From: Nemertoderma westbladi
Lineage: Eukaryota > Animalia > Xenacoelomorpha
Assembly (NCBI GenBank): GCA_032718475.1
Contig: JAUCBJ010004767.1
Span: 1-64,000 of the forward strand
Direction: 5' to 3'
Length of the DNA stretch: 64,000 nt
In this document: piece by piece, positions 47,878 through 62,300 of the stretch
Numbering within the stretch: position 1 is the first letter of the stretch
How the letters are laid out: every line of letters begins with the position of its first letter
Program-made: the position numbers and the translations under genes
Notes under the pieces: model-generated
The model's input: only the letters and a program-made list of their open reading frames with translations
Told to the model about the DNA's origin: nothing
The model's database searches: none

Positions 47878-49053
47878 TGTAAAGGCTTTTGCGTAATTAG
47901 CCGGTTATTTTCCCCGTGAAGTACTCTGTAGTTGGTTTACCAGGCATAAAAGGGCCGTGTCCTTACTGTACTGGTGTTTTAGAGGACATAAAAGTAATTT
48001 CTTCTGTATGTGTACTTTAGCGGACATAATCCGCAATTCCATGACGCAAAAGCCGAAATACTCTTGGAACAGTGTAGTTACTAAGACGACAGCTAATAGC
48101 TGAGCTGTACACGTGGAGCCTCTGCATGGAGCCTTGGTTCTTTGTTCTGCTCAGCTCAAATGACGACATCTATCAGCTGTGTCCACGTCAGTTCGACCAA
48201 TCAGAGATTTTCCCTTTGTGTAAAAGCTGTACAGCAGAATCCCATGATTCAGTACTGACGTTTCCCCCACGCCTAAGAACACCGGCCGTGGAATGTTTTC
48301 TAACATTAGAGCGTCTTTAATTATAAGATCATCAAACTGTTATCTTGGTCAACTTGGTTAAGTACACTTGCATTATTTACTGCTATTTACTGTGTTGTTA
48401 ATTGTATCATTCGTTTGCATATTATTAATTGGAGAATATTGATAAACAATCAGAAACCCCAATCTTCTTGATACACTAAGGTTAGAGAGACCGGTTACAT
48501 ATAACAATTTGCGACATACATTATCGTGGTTTGTAATGAGTTCAATGCTACTTAATAGGCCCTACAAATGTCGGTTGTTGTTCTCTTTATATATGATTAA
48601 AATCAGTGAATATCGGCAATTCAATGTGCAGTTGTGTGCAATAGTCTGTGTGTGTTTGACCGAGTAACAAAGCATTTCCTAAAGAATGCACTTTGGTGAT
48701 CTATAAGACATACCGTTGTGTATAGTGTAAGTCATAGCTCTGTTTAAATAGATAGAGCGCCACGTCCTAAAGGAACTGCTAATATTTCCCGAAAGTGAAT
48801 AATATTCGTCAGAGATTATATATTAACGATCAATCGAATAGTACGGTAGGCCTGCACCGCAATCAAATTAAAGCATCCAAATCCAGTCTCCCGGGTATAT
48901 CCAGCGGGTGAATGGTCGCGCACAGACTGGCTTTGGCTAATGTTAGAATTATTATAGGTGTTCAATACTTGTCATAGGCTGGAGTAGATTTATAACCTAG
49001 AAGACATATAGATTTGGCGGGTTAAACTGCCAAAGGTCTTAAAAGCGCGAACA
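47878..49053 (+). repeat. Element C 3' LTR
   Basis: Direct repeat of 37382-38557. Confidence 0.96.
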
Positions 49054-49342
49054 ACCAGAAAGGATAAAATTAAAAAAAATCTATTTCGAAAAAATTGACA
49101 TACCGGTACTGGCTAACTGGCAGACTAGGTTTTGTTTTGGAGCTGCTGTGTCTGCGTGTATCTAACCTAGGTCTAACCAAAATACTAAATCGCACTACTG
49201 ATACCGAAACACATAGGGTACTGACTACTGACATAGGAACCTAGCCCTATACAGCTATAACAGTACTGCAGTATACAGGTAGGCCTATAACTTTCTGACT
49301 TTATCAGTTTGTTTTGTTTATATGGTACCTTTTTATAGGATA

Positions 49343-50736
49343 CCGTAATTCGGGGTGGGGTGACTTGATACATTGAGGTGACTTCAGACTTGATACAGCA
49401 AGTTCATGAAGTTATACTTTTTTTCTTTAACGGATTGAGGGTGATTGCGTGATGTTATGATAAAAATTGAAATATTAGAAGATGTCTGAATAAATTGTCA
49501 ATCAAATAGTAAAATAAATTTTGTCATTGCTTCGCATTTGTGATCACTAGAGCCAAAAATGCATTTTTCAAAAATTCACTTTTTTTCAATGTCAAAATAC
49601 AGGTAGAATTTTTGACACTTTGGGTTAATGTTGTTCAAAAATTATATTTACAGATGCTAATAGATGCAAGATGAGTTTGAATATTATGATCTTAAAATTT
49701 TTTTTACAAATTTTCATATGAATTGGGGGTGGACTGGTAGAGTGCCCGTTTTTTTAAAGTGTGACTCAAAATGGGGCGAATTGATACATATATATGGCAG
49801 TATGGTATAATCGTAGGCGAAAATGTTCTGATACTGGATACTGATACCTGTGAGCTGTGACTACCTGTCAGCCTGTGACTTAAACGTTGATTTTGCAAAA
49901 TTTGTGCTTAAATTCATTGATTATTTAGTTTGCAGTTTTTTCTAAAATGTTTTGTGTTATTTACTGGTGTCAGGATGTCACAATGCAATGAAAGTCTTTT
50001 TCGTTTTTAAACTTCAATTTAACTTGTTAAATATTGTCCGATTGTTAGGCTACATGTTAAATTTTCTAAAATATTTTATCTTTACTTAAACCTTAAATTT
50101 TCAAAATTTGTGCTTAAATTCATTGTTTTAGTTTCCAGTTTTTTCTAAAATGTATTGTCTTACTTACTGGTGTCAGGATGTCACTATGCAATGAAGGTCT
50201 TTTTCGTTTTTAAAGTGCAATTTAACTTGTTAAATATGAAATATTTTGCCATAAAAAATGGAGTTATTTTTAATTTTAGCCATAATTTTATATCCCCGTT
50301 AGGTGGATATTTTCCTCTTTTTAAAAGAGCTTTAAAAGGGCTTTTTTTTAAATTTCCAAGATGTAGGCCTATCAACTGATCAAGTCACCCCCACAGCCTA
50401 CAACATGATCCAAACTCATTCACAGAGCACAGACTGACAGAGTGGTATTATTGCGGAAAATTTGCTTGTGTATCAAGTCATCCCGTTATGTGGGGTGACT
50501 TGATACAGATGGTTTTTAAGAAAAAAAAACACCACTAGACTACAGGACTATCTGACTATGGACTAAGCACCTGAAATAGTGCTTTAGTCTAGTGGTGTAG
50601 TACTCATCCCGACTATAAAATTTTCTTTTTATTCCATCTGTGTAGGATAAAAACTTCAGAAGATATTCGCAGTTCTGCAGTTAAAGGCAAAAACTGTATC
50701 AAATCACCCCCCCCCCCCCCCCCCCCCGAATTACGG
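49343..50736. mobile_element. Non-autonomous pogo/Tigger-like (Tc1/mariner) element
   Basis: TA|CCGTAATTCGGGG..GGGGTGACTTGATACA at the left and TGTATCAAATCACCCC..CGAATTACGG|TA at the right; internal copies of GGGGTGACTTGATAC. Confidence 0.8.
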
Positions 50737-51234
50737 TATAAATTATTTTGGGTAAGTGTTTTTGGTAATACTGTAATATTGTGTTTTTTTGTGTTTTATT
50801 GTGATTTTTTGGTAAATTTTTGTTTTTTTTTGTATTTTTTTGTGTATTTTTGGGTAATTACTAATTTTGTGTTTTATGGGTAATTCGTAGGACCAATCTG
50901 CCAAAGGACCGCATTGAGCAGTCGGGGAGAAATTCAAAGTTCAACTGAGCTGAAATTTAAAACTCTATTTTTTGAAATTCAACTTTTATGTTGTAAGTTC
51001 AACTCTAAAAATGGCAGGAGGCAGGGAGATCCAGAATGCCCCCAAGACAGCAAGGCGTGACAGACTGGCAACAGAAGGGATGTTTTATTTTTTTAATGGA
51101 CAGATGGATGTAACTGGGTGCGGGTCGATTCGCCCCTCGACGTTTTTGCCCCAAGTCCATTCGCTCCACATTTTAGGGGCATATAGACCTGGGGCGAATC
51201 GACTTGGACAGTTGACTGACCCCCCCCCCCCCCT

Positions 51235-51810
51235 CTAATGTAACATAGTTATTTCGTATCGAACGTAACTGCAATTATGTTACATTGGATCCTATAAGCT
51301 ATAACTATGTTACATTCGATCTACAAATTACTAAGCTCGAATGTAACATTGCCATTTACAGATTTAAAGGAGCAGGTTACAGAGGCGTGTTGGGGGAACC
51401 AAAACAATAAACAAAAGTTAACAGATGTTACAAGATTATGAAGGTTACTTTTATTTAAATGCTGAAAGGAGCAGGTTACAGAGGCGTGATGGGGGAACCA
51501 AAACAATAAACGAAAGTTAACACATGTTACAAGATTGTAGGTTTACTTAATTGGGTCGTAGGTCTTTGTTTTGTACTCACCAACACCAAACTGTTTCTTC
51601 CTGTAAATAAACGAAGCATTTCATCGGTTAACTCTTTAAATCAAAACACAACTGAAATATTATGTATGTTACATTCGAGCTTAGTAATTTGTAGATCGAA
51701 TGGAACATAGTTATAGGATCCAATGCTGCAATGTAACATAATTGAGGTTACGTTCGATTCGTGAAAACTATGTTACATTCGATCCTGATTACGTTCGGTC
51801 TGTCACCCCC
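51235..51810. mobile_element. Foldback-like element with atgttacattcgatc subterminal repeats
   Basis: Inverted arms (ctacaaattactaagctcgaatgtaacat / atgttacattcgagcttagtaatttgtag) and an internal direct duplication of about 100 bp. Confidence 0.55.
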
Positions 51811-52119
51811 TCAACTCACTATCGACATGGCTTTCGTGAGATTATCCACATCTTAAAGGCCAGTGTCCTTTAAGAGGCTGAGAGGCGTCGTAGCGTGAAC
51901 CCGACGTAGCATTCTTGTGAATGTGCCATTCCGCCAGAGATTTGGTGTCCTCAACAGTTAGAGCCCAGTATGGACTCTCATACTGCCACTGCCATAGAAT
52001 GTCGCTGCGAGCAAATGTCATGATTATTCATGTTGGCACTACCAGACTACCGGTGGTACTGCACTAGAACTCCTTATAATTACTCCCTTATGGCTGTATG
52101 AGAGCCATTCAGTATTCAG

Positions 52120-52440
52120 CCATTCTGAAATACAAAGACAGTTGTAAGGACCTTGGTGTGATCATGAATTGAATATAGACCTACGATTCAGCAAATACTG
52201 TAGCTGGTGAATGATAGTCAACAAGAAGCTAGGGCATATAAAGTGTCTAGATTTTATTTCGATGTTTTTATACATCTAATGTACCGGTACGTACGAGCTT
52301 TAGCCTACTTACTGCATTTAAAGTGTATGTTCGTCCTTTATTCGAGTATTGTACTGTTGTCTGGTTTCCGCACCAGCCACCGGATATTTAATATAAATTT
52401 GATCGAGTGTGTACAAGAACAACGTTACTTTAGTATACGT
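52120..52440 (+). pseudogene. Old CR1/L2-type LINE ORF2 C-terminal fragment
   Basis: Hand translation gives DSCKDLGVIM, RPLFEYCTVVWFPH and IECVQ. Confidence 0.6.
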
Positions 52441-53102
52441 TTAAGGTTTAACTATGCGTCAAACTTAGATATTTGATATTTTCAATCCAAATATCAAAAA
52501 TATTGATTTAAGTGCAGAAGTAAATTTGTGCCACTTTATTTAGACTTTGTTTCAATTTGCAACAACCCCCCCCCCCCCCCCCCCCAAATCCTGCCTCGCA
52601 GTTGGTGTACACACATTTTTTATATATATATTTTTGTTTGCAATATGTAATTTTTCTTTGATGTATCAGTGATATAATGTTTTAATCATTTTGTTATTCT
52701 TTTTACAGCAAATATTGCTTTTAAGTACCGGTATAGGCCTATATGCACTCCTCACCTCATGCAGTTTGTAGATAATTCTAGAGGTATTCTCTATTAATGT
52801 GCAATTTATTGCCTTGTTTATCTTCTCGCTCCTCCATAACCTGTCTAAAGTGCAAGTTGTTTTACTTAATTACCAGTACCGGTACTGTTTATATAAATTT
52901 TAATATTGTGCATGTGCACTGTGCAGTTATATGGTGAGTTTGTACAATTATAATTACAATATAGACAGATATAGGAGGATAGTAGGAGTACTGGTACTAC
53001 TACTGCTGCTCTAAATAATCGGACCTTAAGTTTCTGTCTCTGTCAGTCTCCAAGTCTCCAAGTCCTGGAAAGCCCATTCAATGCGGCCCATGCCTGCAAT
53101 GC

Positions 53103-53349
53103 GGGAACAAGTGAAAACTTAACCTGGTTAAAACACACCCGACCGAAAAGTACCTCACCTCTATATTGGGTACCGGTACGTTTACACTGTAAGGAATAAA
53201 CGAGATTCAATAGCACAGGTTACAGTTTATTTTTGCTATTTATTTTTGTACTACGACGTACCCAATGTATCATTGTTAAAACGTACCCAGTATTCGGGTA
53301 CGTTTTTGTTCGGGTACGTTTTAACCAGGGTACGTTTTCACTTGTTCCC
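53103..53349. mobile_element. MITE
   Basis: TIR GGGAACAAGTGAAAAC / GTTTTCACTTGTTCCC with subterminal (c)gggtacgtttt repeats. Confidence 0.75.
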
Positions 53350-53551
53350 TTTGTTATAATCTGATAATACCTTAAATGAAATTAGGCCATATGCTGTGCT
53401 GTGCTATGCAATGCAAAATCAATAAATAAATAGGCCTACTGAAGTATCAAATTCAACCTGATCTTATTATATATAGCATTATCTTAGTTGTTTTTTATAA
53501 TTATTGAACACATTTTTAGTCTATAAATCTACAGATCTTATATGCCGAGTT

Positions 53552-55165
53552 ATGGATTACCCAGAAGACAATAACCCGGTGCGTGGGGCCGCGTCAATAG
53601 ACCCCGCTAAAGATATCCAGATGATATTCGAAACGGACATCCCAGATGGTCGTCATGCCCTCATGCAGAGCCATGAGAACCTCCAGCGGGTGGCCATGTA
53701 CTGCGAGGACAACTATATCCAGGCCTACGACAAAACTGCCGCACTCGCCGATACCAAAAGGTACACGACGCAATCCCTCGCGAGCGTCGCCTACCAGATA
53801 AACACATTGGCGACCAACCTCCTGTCCATCCTGAGTCTACAGAACGAGCAACTCAGTACGATGGGGGACCAGATAAACCACATCGCGATGCACGTGAGCA
53901 CCCACAAGGAGAAAGTAGCCCGACGAGAGATAGGCCAGATAACAATGAGTAAAATGGTAATGCGAACCAATAAAGTCGTCAGTAACGGGTTGCCGCAGGA
54001 GAAGCCGGTTAAACACTTTAAGTTGCCGCGGTTGGATTATTCTGTGCTGGACGGGTTGGGTCACGGGTTACATGTCGAGGCCGGGGTGCAGCGGCAGCAC
54101 AGCGGCTCGTTGGCCGGCAGCGGCAGTTCCGGGTCCTCTCTCAACCGGGTCTCGCAGTCCTCCTCGACCGGGTCCACTCTCCGTCGCGCCTCGCAACCCA
54201 TGGTCGCACCGCCCACCGTCCCCGCCGAGTACATGCCGGGCTCCATAGCGCTGCGGAGTAAACGGGACAGACAGTCGGCTCCCAGTGGTCCCGCCCCGCT
54301 GGCCCCCAGTGGTCCCGCGCCGCTCGCCCCAAGCGGTGGCGCCCACGGCCGCTATTCCTACAGGACAACCAGTCCCGGGGTCCGAGACTCCGACTCGTTG
54401 TGCTCTTCCGAGATGTCAAACACCTCGTCCGTGGACGCCGGTTCGCATAACATTATTGTGGGGGGTCAGCGGTTCTATAGGAACCCGAGTAGTGTGGAGG
54501 CGGACCCACAGATACAGGTTGGTAACCGACACAACCAGATTGGTAACCAACACAACCATATTGGTGGCCGTGACAGCAACCATATTGTAAACCTTCGTAA
54601 CCAGATTGGTAGCGGAGACAACCAGGTTGGTACCCAACGCCCCCATGTTGGTAACCAGTTGCCCCCTGGGGACGCAGCCCAGGATCGCAACCACCGGTAC
54701 TCGCAACCCCAGAGCCACGCGGTTAGCAACCACCTCCCCGCCCCCCACCGGCCCCCCGACTCGCTCCCCGTCCCCTCGACAACCGGGCCGGTCCTCTACT
54801 ACCCCGGGGCGGCGTCAGCTCGCGACTCGTTCATCTCGCCCCCGGATCTGCCCCCTTTCCCCCTTCCGTTCGAGCTGCCCCCCGCGGCGGCGGACCCCCT
54901 TCCACCTCCGCCGGTTTCCCCGCATTCCCCCGGGGTCGCCAACTCCCTCCCCGCCGCTCGCTTTATCGAGAACGTGGTGACTCTGTACGAGTACCAACCG
55001 CAGCGCGACGACGAGCTATCCTTCGCACCCGGGCAGCGGATCCACGTTATCCGTAAGAACGACGACGGTTGGTGGGAGGGAGTGCTAGACGGGGTCACCG
55101 GTCTCTTTCCTAACAACTACGTCCAATCGGAGTCCGACTATCGGTTAGCCAATAGTACTGCTTAG
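53552..55165 (+). CDS. ABI: Abl interactor (WAVE regulatory complex subunit), single-exon ORF
   Basis: IPDGRHALMQSHENLQRVAMYCEDNY..TKRYTTQSLASVAYQI and HKEKVARREIG; Pro-rich middle; C-terminal SH3 (TLYEY..DELSF..DGWWEG..GLFPNNYV). First ATG at 53552. Confidence 0.95.
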   Translation: MDYPEDNNPVRGAASIDPAKDIQMIFETDIPDGRHALMQSHENLQRVAMYCEDNYIQAYDKTAALADTKRYTTQSLASVAYQINTLATNLLSILSLQNEQLSTMGDQINHIAMHVSTHKEKVARREIGQITMSKMVMRTNKVVSNGLPQEKPVKHFKLPRLDYSVLDGLGHGLHVEAGVQRQHSGSLAGSGSSGSSLNRVSQSSSTGSTLRRASQPMVAPPTVPAEYMPGSIALRSKRDRQSAPSGPAPLAPSGPAPLAPSGGAHGRYSYRTTSPGVRDSDSLCSSEMSNTSSVDAGSHNIIVGGQRFYRNPSSVEADPQIQVGNRHNQIGNQHNHIGGRDSNHIVNLRNQIGSGDNQVGTQRPHVGNQLPPGDAAQDRNHRYSQPQSHAVSNHLPAPHRPPDSLPVPSTTGPVLYYPGAASARDSFISPPDLPPFPLPFELPPAAADPLPPPPVSPHSPGVANSLPAARFIENVVTLYEYQPQRDDELSFAPGQRIHVIRKNDDGWWEGVLDGVTGLFPNNYVQSESDYRLANSTA

Positions 55166-55902
55166 CTAGCTAGTTACATCGCCAGTTAGTATTTATAGCA
55201 TAGCTTCGTTCCGTAGCCCCCAGCCTCCAGCATATGGTATACGGACTCTCAGGTCTTTCGTAATCTTATAAACAGTAACTATTTCTCCACCTTTTTCCCA
55301 TTTCCTTTCCTCTCCCGCCTTGTAATTAATTGCTATAGATCGGATCTCGTGAAAAAATAATTTATACTGGTACTTTTTTTTTATGTGATGTGTGTTTTTT
55401 GGGATTGGGTTTAAAGTACATAAATATATTTTCTACAACAAACAAACCGAAAAATAAATTATTTTTGTTTCAACAGCTCCTACACAAGTGGGTAACAAAA
55501 ACAGAAAATGATTTAAATAAGATTTTTATTTGTTTTCCTTTGTGTTTAATATTCCTACCTTCTTACCGGTATCGCTAATTATTCGACTTAGTGTTTTTGC
55601 TTAATTAAATAGAGTCAATCCCACCCCCCACGCACAAAGTGTTCTCTAACTTTATCTCATGTTATTGAATATTTTTATTATTTATCACAACTAAATTGAT
55701 TGTGAGTCGCTTGTGTGTGATTGTATCGGCCTCTCGTGTAATGTAATTAATATTGGGGTTCATAGCTACTAACATTGTGGTTGGGGGGTTTAAATTCTAG
55801 CGTCAGAAATTTATCATTTAATTTCTGAATCATCTGTCTCTATCATCCAGTTATTTTTTATAAGACTCGGGAATTAGTGCGTGAAAGGTCTAATTCGCCA
55901 TG

Positions 55903-56621
55903 TAGTTTCAGGGTTTTTTGACTCTAAATATGGCGCCAGCACCATAGTCAGCGGAGTGATTGCTGGAAGCTTGATGACGTCATCAGCGTTTTCGCCATCA
56001 TTCGGCATATATTCTCTGCGACTCCTACCAGTACAGTAAGGCCAGTCAAAAATTGATTGTAATTTAATTGCTTGGTCTCAATCCATTTTGGAAATTATAA
56101 TAACTTTATAGACATAATTTCACTATTAGGCCTATCATTTACTGATATCGGTAAGTAAACTAACGGGCTAGGGACACGATAATTATTCTCAAAATTATAA
56201 GCGTAGGATGTTGAAGTGGTTTTTCTTTAAAATTGCAAATATCCAATTAATTGGCATAATTGCTTCCAGTTTAGTTAATTATCCAATTAATTATGCTTAT
56301 TTAGTTTAGTTTATGCTAGTTTAGTTAGACCTCTCCAGTACTTTAAGTCAGTACTGCTGTATGCAGGTAACAAACACAGAAACAGTATTATATCCAGTAC
56401 ATAGTCCCAACCCGACGTAACATACGAAATTAGTTTATTTATTTATTTATTTTTATTTATTATGAACAGTTTTTCGATTTCACAAGTTTCTATTCTATGG
56501 TAGTTTCAACTAATGGCGCCAGGCGCCATAGAAATCTTGGTCTATGGCGCTGACAGCGCCAAAAAATATTCCAAATAACCCCGCTTTCAGGCTATTAGAT
56601 ACAAGGGACCCCTGAATTCTA
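55903..56621. mobile_element. Possible non-autonomous DNA transposon with TAG...CTA ends (Academ-like)
   Basis: TAGTTTCAGGG / CCCTGAATTCTA ends and tatggcgcc subterminal repeats. TSD unclear. Confidence 0.35.
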
Positions 56622-59375
56622 TATGGTTCTTTGAAAGTTTTTTTGAAATTAACATTGCTAATTATTAATAATTAATATTGAACCGCCTTACACAAACAAG
56701 GTGTATCAAATTATGACTTAGGGTCACTCCCTCCCAATGTACGGGTAATTGGATATCAATATATTCTAATAGTAATATTAGAAGTGGTTATATTTTACAT
56801 CTTCGATCTACATCTCGTTGAGGGGGTTAGGTACACGTGGTAAAAATATCAGATACTCGCTTATACATTTTAGTAAATCTACGTAACGAAATTAATTTAT
56901 TATAGCCGAAAGGGAATATAATTAACAATTTTTGTTAAAAATTCCGGCTATGACATAGTGGAAGGAGCCCTTACACTTTACAGTTAAATGATACAATTTT
57001 ACCTTTATTATTATTATTCTTGCGTTATTGGTACGGTGTTAATTGTTGTTTGTCTATTACTAACAGTTGTGCTACGATATGATTTATATTTGTTACAGTT
57101 AGTGTACCGGTATATCATTTGTTTATAAATCATGGGGCCTGGCCTGTCTAAATAGTTTTCAAAGGATTTACAAAACGTACTTAGTGCGCATATATAAACT
57201 AAATCTAGTCATCCCAGAGTATTTATTTACATTCTATTCAATGGAAATCTTTCCATTCTAGTTATTCATTTATTATATTATTGCATTTTTTTTTATGAGT
57301 TCATCGTTTTTCTAGTACATTTAATGTACTCTGCAGTCACTGCACTTAGTGTGCTGTGATATGGCTTGGCTAGCAACGTTTGCCGTTCGTGTTAGGTTTC
57401 TGTTATAAAGTGCATAATAAGTTATCCATATTATAATATCTCATAATCACTAAATTAGTCTGTGTCTGTGTGATTAATCGAATTTTCATACGCCTACTGG
57501 ATTATGGGAAATTATTATGTTAGGAAAAGTCATCATCACGCACGCTCGGTCTTTATTCTTGTAATTTAATCTCATCTGTATCAAGGATAAGGGTTGCAGT
57601 CTCATTAAGTAATTAAAGGTGTAGGAATAACCGTATTAAATTCGTTGCTTTACGAAAACTAGACCTACGCATATCCTATGCTTAGTTCAATTTATAATAG
57701 CTTAATGTCACAAAGTTATTTATTAATATTTTGAAGTTGTTTATTTATTATTACAAGAGGAACGTCCTCTTTAAATCATTAATCGTGCGATATATATAGC
57801 TTTATGGGCGGGGTGCGGTGCTCTCAAGAGTTTTACACTCTATTATAATTATTATTATTATTCCTAATGCTCTATTCGACCATGTTATTTGGATTGTGTT
57901 AGTTTGTTTTGTAGGAGCAGTTACGGAAGCAGTTAAGGGTATAAGTAGAACTGCAGCTGATTGATTCAGTTTTACTTTTATAATATTAACCGCAAACCAA
58001 ACAGATGTTGTGGACAGTGTTTTGGTTTATTTAAATATATTACCGTAGGACTTTATGCAATAAAAACATAAAGTTCTACAAGTCTGATATTGAAATAACA
58101 TTTTTGAGTTTTTTTCCTCAGTGGCGGAGTCTTATAGCTAACGAGTGCTATTGGCTGATGCTGATGGATTCTGATTTGCGATGGTATAGGTCTATTTGTA
58201 TGCACTTAGCACTTGATCACCTGACTGAACAGGCTAATTCGACTCCAAGAAAGAACCGTCTAAATGTACTCAAAGACCAATTTTGCATTGCCATTTTTGG
58301 ACTTCTCTTGAAGTGTTTGAAAAATTATGTCATTCGCGTGCTTACAGGCGTCATTATTAATGCAGTACTAATTCGCAAATCAGAGTAACTCCAGCTAATA
58401 GTTGTTGTGCATACGTGACGTGCTGCTCGAAGGCTCCGTTACATTTCGTGTATGCTTTCCTCGCTTTTCAACGGGGTTGTAATTATTATGTGTAGTGTAG
58501 AAGACCTGTTGTGTAGTAAATACCTCGTGTATATTATCTATGATTACCTAATAATAATCCATGCTTCCAGTATGAACCTATTATTTCTTTTTTTTTTAAA
58601 CCACGGTAATTAAAACACTGAAGATCTTTGTGGGTGAGGGGGGGGGGGGGGGGGGGGGAGGGGAGGGGGTGTTTGTGTTATGATTCAATTTTTGTATTCT
58701 TAAATTCTAGAACAGTTTCTTGTTATTTAAGTTCTGCTATGGTACCCCTTTTTATATTACCTTACCTATAATTCCGAATGGCATTACATAATACCAAGGA
58801 GTTCTAGAACATCTTGATAATACTACACTATGTATCATAAAACATTGTGGATCCAATAATTTATATAATGGTAATTAATAGTTTTTACTACGTTTGTAAA
58901 TTAATAGACTCTCGCAGAGTAAAAAACTACAGATTTGAAATCATTGCAAGGTCAATCTATGACTTGTGCATGACATTTTAGATTTGTTATTCCTAAACCA
59001 TAATATAATATGGGCATTTTTAAACAAATTATGTGTCTGGCATTAAAATTAAATATTCCGAATAATATATCTTTGCTGCATTGCTGTCCGTTTAATATGC
59101 GAGGTTAATTAATTTATTAATTGATATGAAATAAAGTTCGAATGAAGAATCAAGTTATATATAATAACAAATATGTACACGCTACACAACGTCGTCACCA
59201 CGCACAGCCAACAACCGTTTTATATGAAACAAAAATTAAACTGTAACCTATTCTATTGATATTCGTTTTATTGTTTTGGTTAAAATATCTTGTCATCGGA
59301 AGCTGCTCCTTCCTTTAACCTTATAACCTTATTTAAATTAACTGTAATAACAAGTTGTTATTGTTTTATGGAGCA

Positions 59376-62300
59376 CTAATTGGCTCCGACCTGGCTACTT
59401 AGTTTACGTGTGAGCGTTGTACCGGTACCTGTGGCGCTACTAGATGAGCTGTTTAATCGGGTTTGTGATACCCGACCGATCCTTCGTGACGTCATTAAAC
59501 TCCTCGAACTGCTGCCCTTATATGTACTTCCTTTCTTCTCCATAGCAGAGCTCAACTCTCTCAGCTCTTCCTTATGTTTTTCTCTCATTTTGGCTTCACG
59601 TTCCAATATATACCTCGGGAATAGATTACGTTCATCGAAAGGAACTATCGGTCCGGTTTTTGGTTCACCGTATTTCCAATCATCTTCCGGTTTCCTAAAG
59701 TACTGATAAGGATTGGTGACGAACCCTGGTTTCTCTGGCGCCACTGGCTCTTCCAATGGATGAACATCCACCGACGCATAAGGTCCACCTGGTGGTTGTC
59801 CGGTTTCTTCCCAATGTAGATACGGCATGTCCTTTATATAACCCGGCTGTTGCCTTTCCCTCTTATCAACACGTATTACGGCATACTCCATTCCCAATTT
59901 AGTCTTCTCCCATGTGTTGTGTTTGTACCCGGGTATATAGACTTGATTATCAGGTATAACGTACTCGTTATCATAACCTTCCTTTACACCCTCAACATCG
60001 TCATCTTCGCTTTCCTCTTCTATGGCATCTGGAGGGGTCGGTGGAGGAACATATGGCTCTATCCTCCACAAATCCTCTTGACCGAATGTGCCGATATGTG
60101 AGCCTTCGATACCCCATACTTGGCAGGTTTGATCCATGCCACAAGTTATAACCAAATGCCGGTGGTTGCGAACAAAAGTTAATATGCTAGTGATAGTGTC
60201 GGAATGAGCCCACCAACCAATCACTAAAGGTGGAGCTTCTTTCGCTAACTCCTGATTGTCTGTGATGCAGTATTCGCTTATGTTCCACACTTTGATGTAA
60301 CCATCCACGTCAGCTGTTATTAAGTTGTGGTTAAGGTCATCAACTGCCATTATGATACTAGTTACATCTGGGTGGGCTATCCATTCACCATCTAGGGATT
60401 TGGCATTAGTATTCCAGAATCGTACCCAACCATTTCCACCACAGGTAACTAAGTTGGCCATTGATTTATCGTACTTCCTGGTTTCCAAGAACAGCATATT
60501 TGTGATCGCGTAGGCAAAGTCATTGGTATCATCCGGGCTGCTATTCCTTCTACCGTCCAAACTAACTATGCTCATTCGTGACTGACCCCTGCTTTTACCA
60601 TTGCTATCCTTAGCCTTGGGTTTCATTCGTTTTGTCAAATGTTTGGTGGCGTGTTCGGAGTTTACGTTCCACACGACAATCTCACCGTCATAACCACCCG
60701 TTGCCAATGTGATTGGACCGCTAAATGCAGCACACAAGATGTCTTCATTGTGTTCTTCACCTCCTTTCCATGGATAAGGGAGTAACTCCGTTTTAGTCTC
60801 TGCGACAGTTTCAAATGCACAAATTGTTTTCCTCCAGCCAACCGCCAAAACGCTTCGTTTCAATGTTAGTACTTGAAGCAATTCAGCTGGATTTCCCTCT
60901 TCTGCCTTCATTACCATGAAACATCCCCCATTTAGGTTCCAAGCTTTGACCGTGCCATCGGTTGATGCAGTGTACAAAGTAGTCTCAGATTGACCAAGTG
61001 CAAGATTTGTTATATCGGCTTTGCCATGGCAATTATTAAACTTTTTGGCCTTTTGGCCGGTATCCAACATCCAAAACGAGACCTCTCCACTTTGGTCTGC
61101 AGTAATTATCTGATTAAAGGTGCGATTATAAATGGCGCATTGGATTGGCTTGTCGTGGGAATTCACTCTAAACTCGGAATCAGGAAGCATCTGGGTCAGC
61201 GTTAGTTGGTAATTAAACGTAGCGAACATCCGCCGTTGTTCCTCATGGAAGTAAAGGCACACTTGCATATCGTCTGGTTTCTTTGGAAACATTCCCGCCA
61301 ACCTCTGGAGGCATATCTGTTGTTGAATGTCCCAGACGCGAACGACGTTGTCTTTTGATATTGACAATAAATGACCCTTTGGTTTATTAAACTGAACTTG
61401 CAGAATGCTAGTCATATGACCTCGAAGCACCCCAACAGACTTCGATATGACATATGGGTTCCACAAACACACGTTTTTGTTCACACCCGCGGTCGCTATG
61501 ATGTTCATTTTGTCATCATAATCAAACGCATTTATTCCCTCAAAAATTGAAAACGACGTTGTTTTGAGCTTGCCCTTTTTCCTTCCTTGCCAAGCTAGAA
61601 CCATAGCACCAGCATCCTTTGTACAACTGCTAATGATGCATTCTAGTGTTGGAGAGTACAAAACCTGTCGAACCCAATCCTTATGCTCTGCGTGGCTGCC
61701 AACCGTCACATTTTTATCTTTTCCACGAATAAGATCTTCCAACTTTACCGAGACTGTTTGTTCTTCCGCTTCACTACTTCCCGCTGTTACGGTATTCGGT
61801 TTCTCAAACAATGCGATAGTCGCCAATATAAAGAACATACTGTGTACATTACCTTGAGTGTCGCCGAAGCTAAGTACAGCTTCGTTTGGTCGTGTCTCGT
61901 TGTACCAGTAGTCGAGACAGAGTGGACATGCTGGCAGATTAGTCACTCTGTATTGGCAGTTGAAATCGAGTTTGGAACTAAGGTCGTAAATGGCTATTTC
62001 TTTGCTGTTAAACCCCACGGCCATCTTGTTAACATTTTTAAGTATAGCCATGTCAGTAGCCCACAGATCCTTCGGTTTTACAAAGTCCGACGTGATTTTG
62101 ATGGTTCTCTGTAGCCGACAATGGCGCGTGTCCCACATTCCAATCGTCCCCTCCCTGCTCAACGCAATATAGCGGTTTAAATTCTTAGAGAACAAAACCC
62201 GTTGGATAACGTCGTGGTGCGGAGTCTGAAGAAACCTAGTGGTTTGCCACTTTGGAATCTGTGTGGACCTCTTTCGATCGTCCTTCCCATAAAACTCCAA

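Larger units (their letters stand above)
37382..49053 (+). mobile_element. Bel/Pao LTR retrotransposon C, 11.7 kb, non-autonomous (Gag-protease only)
   Basis: Two 1176-bp TG...CA LTRs with about 5 differences seen; TSD ACCAG (37377-37381 and 49054-49058); PPT-like ttttctgggagcgg. Confidence 0.96.
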
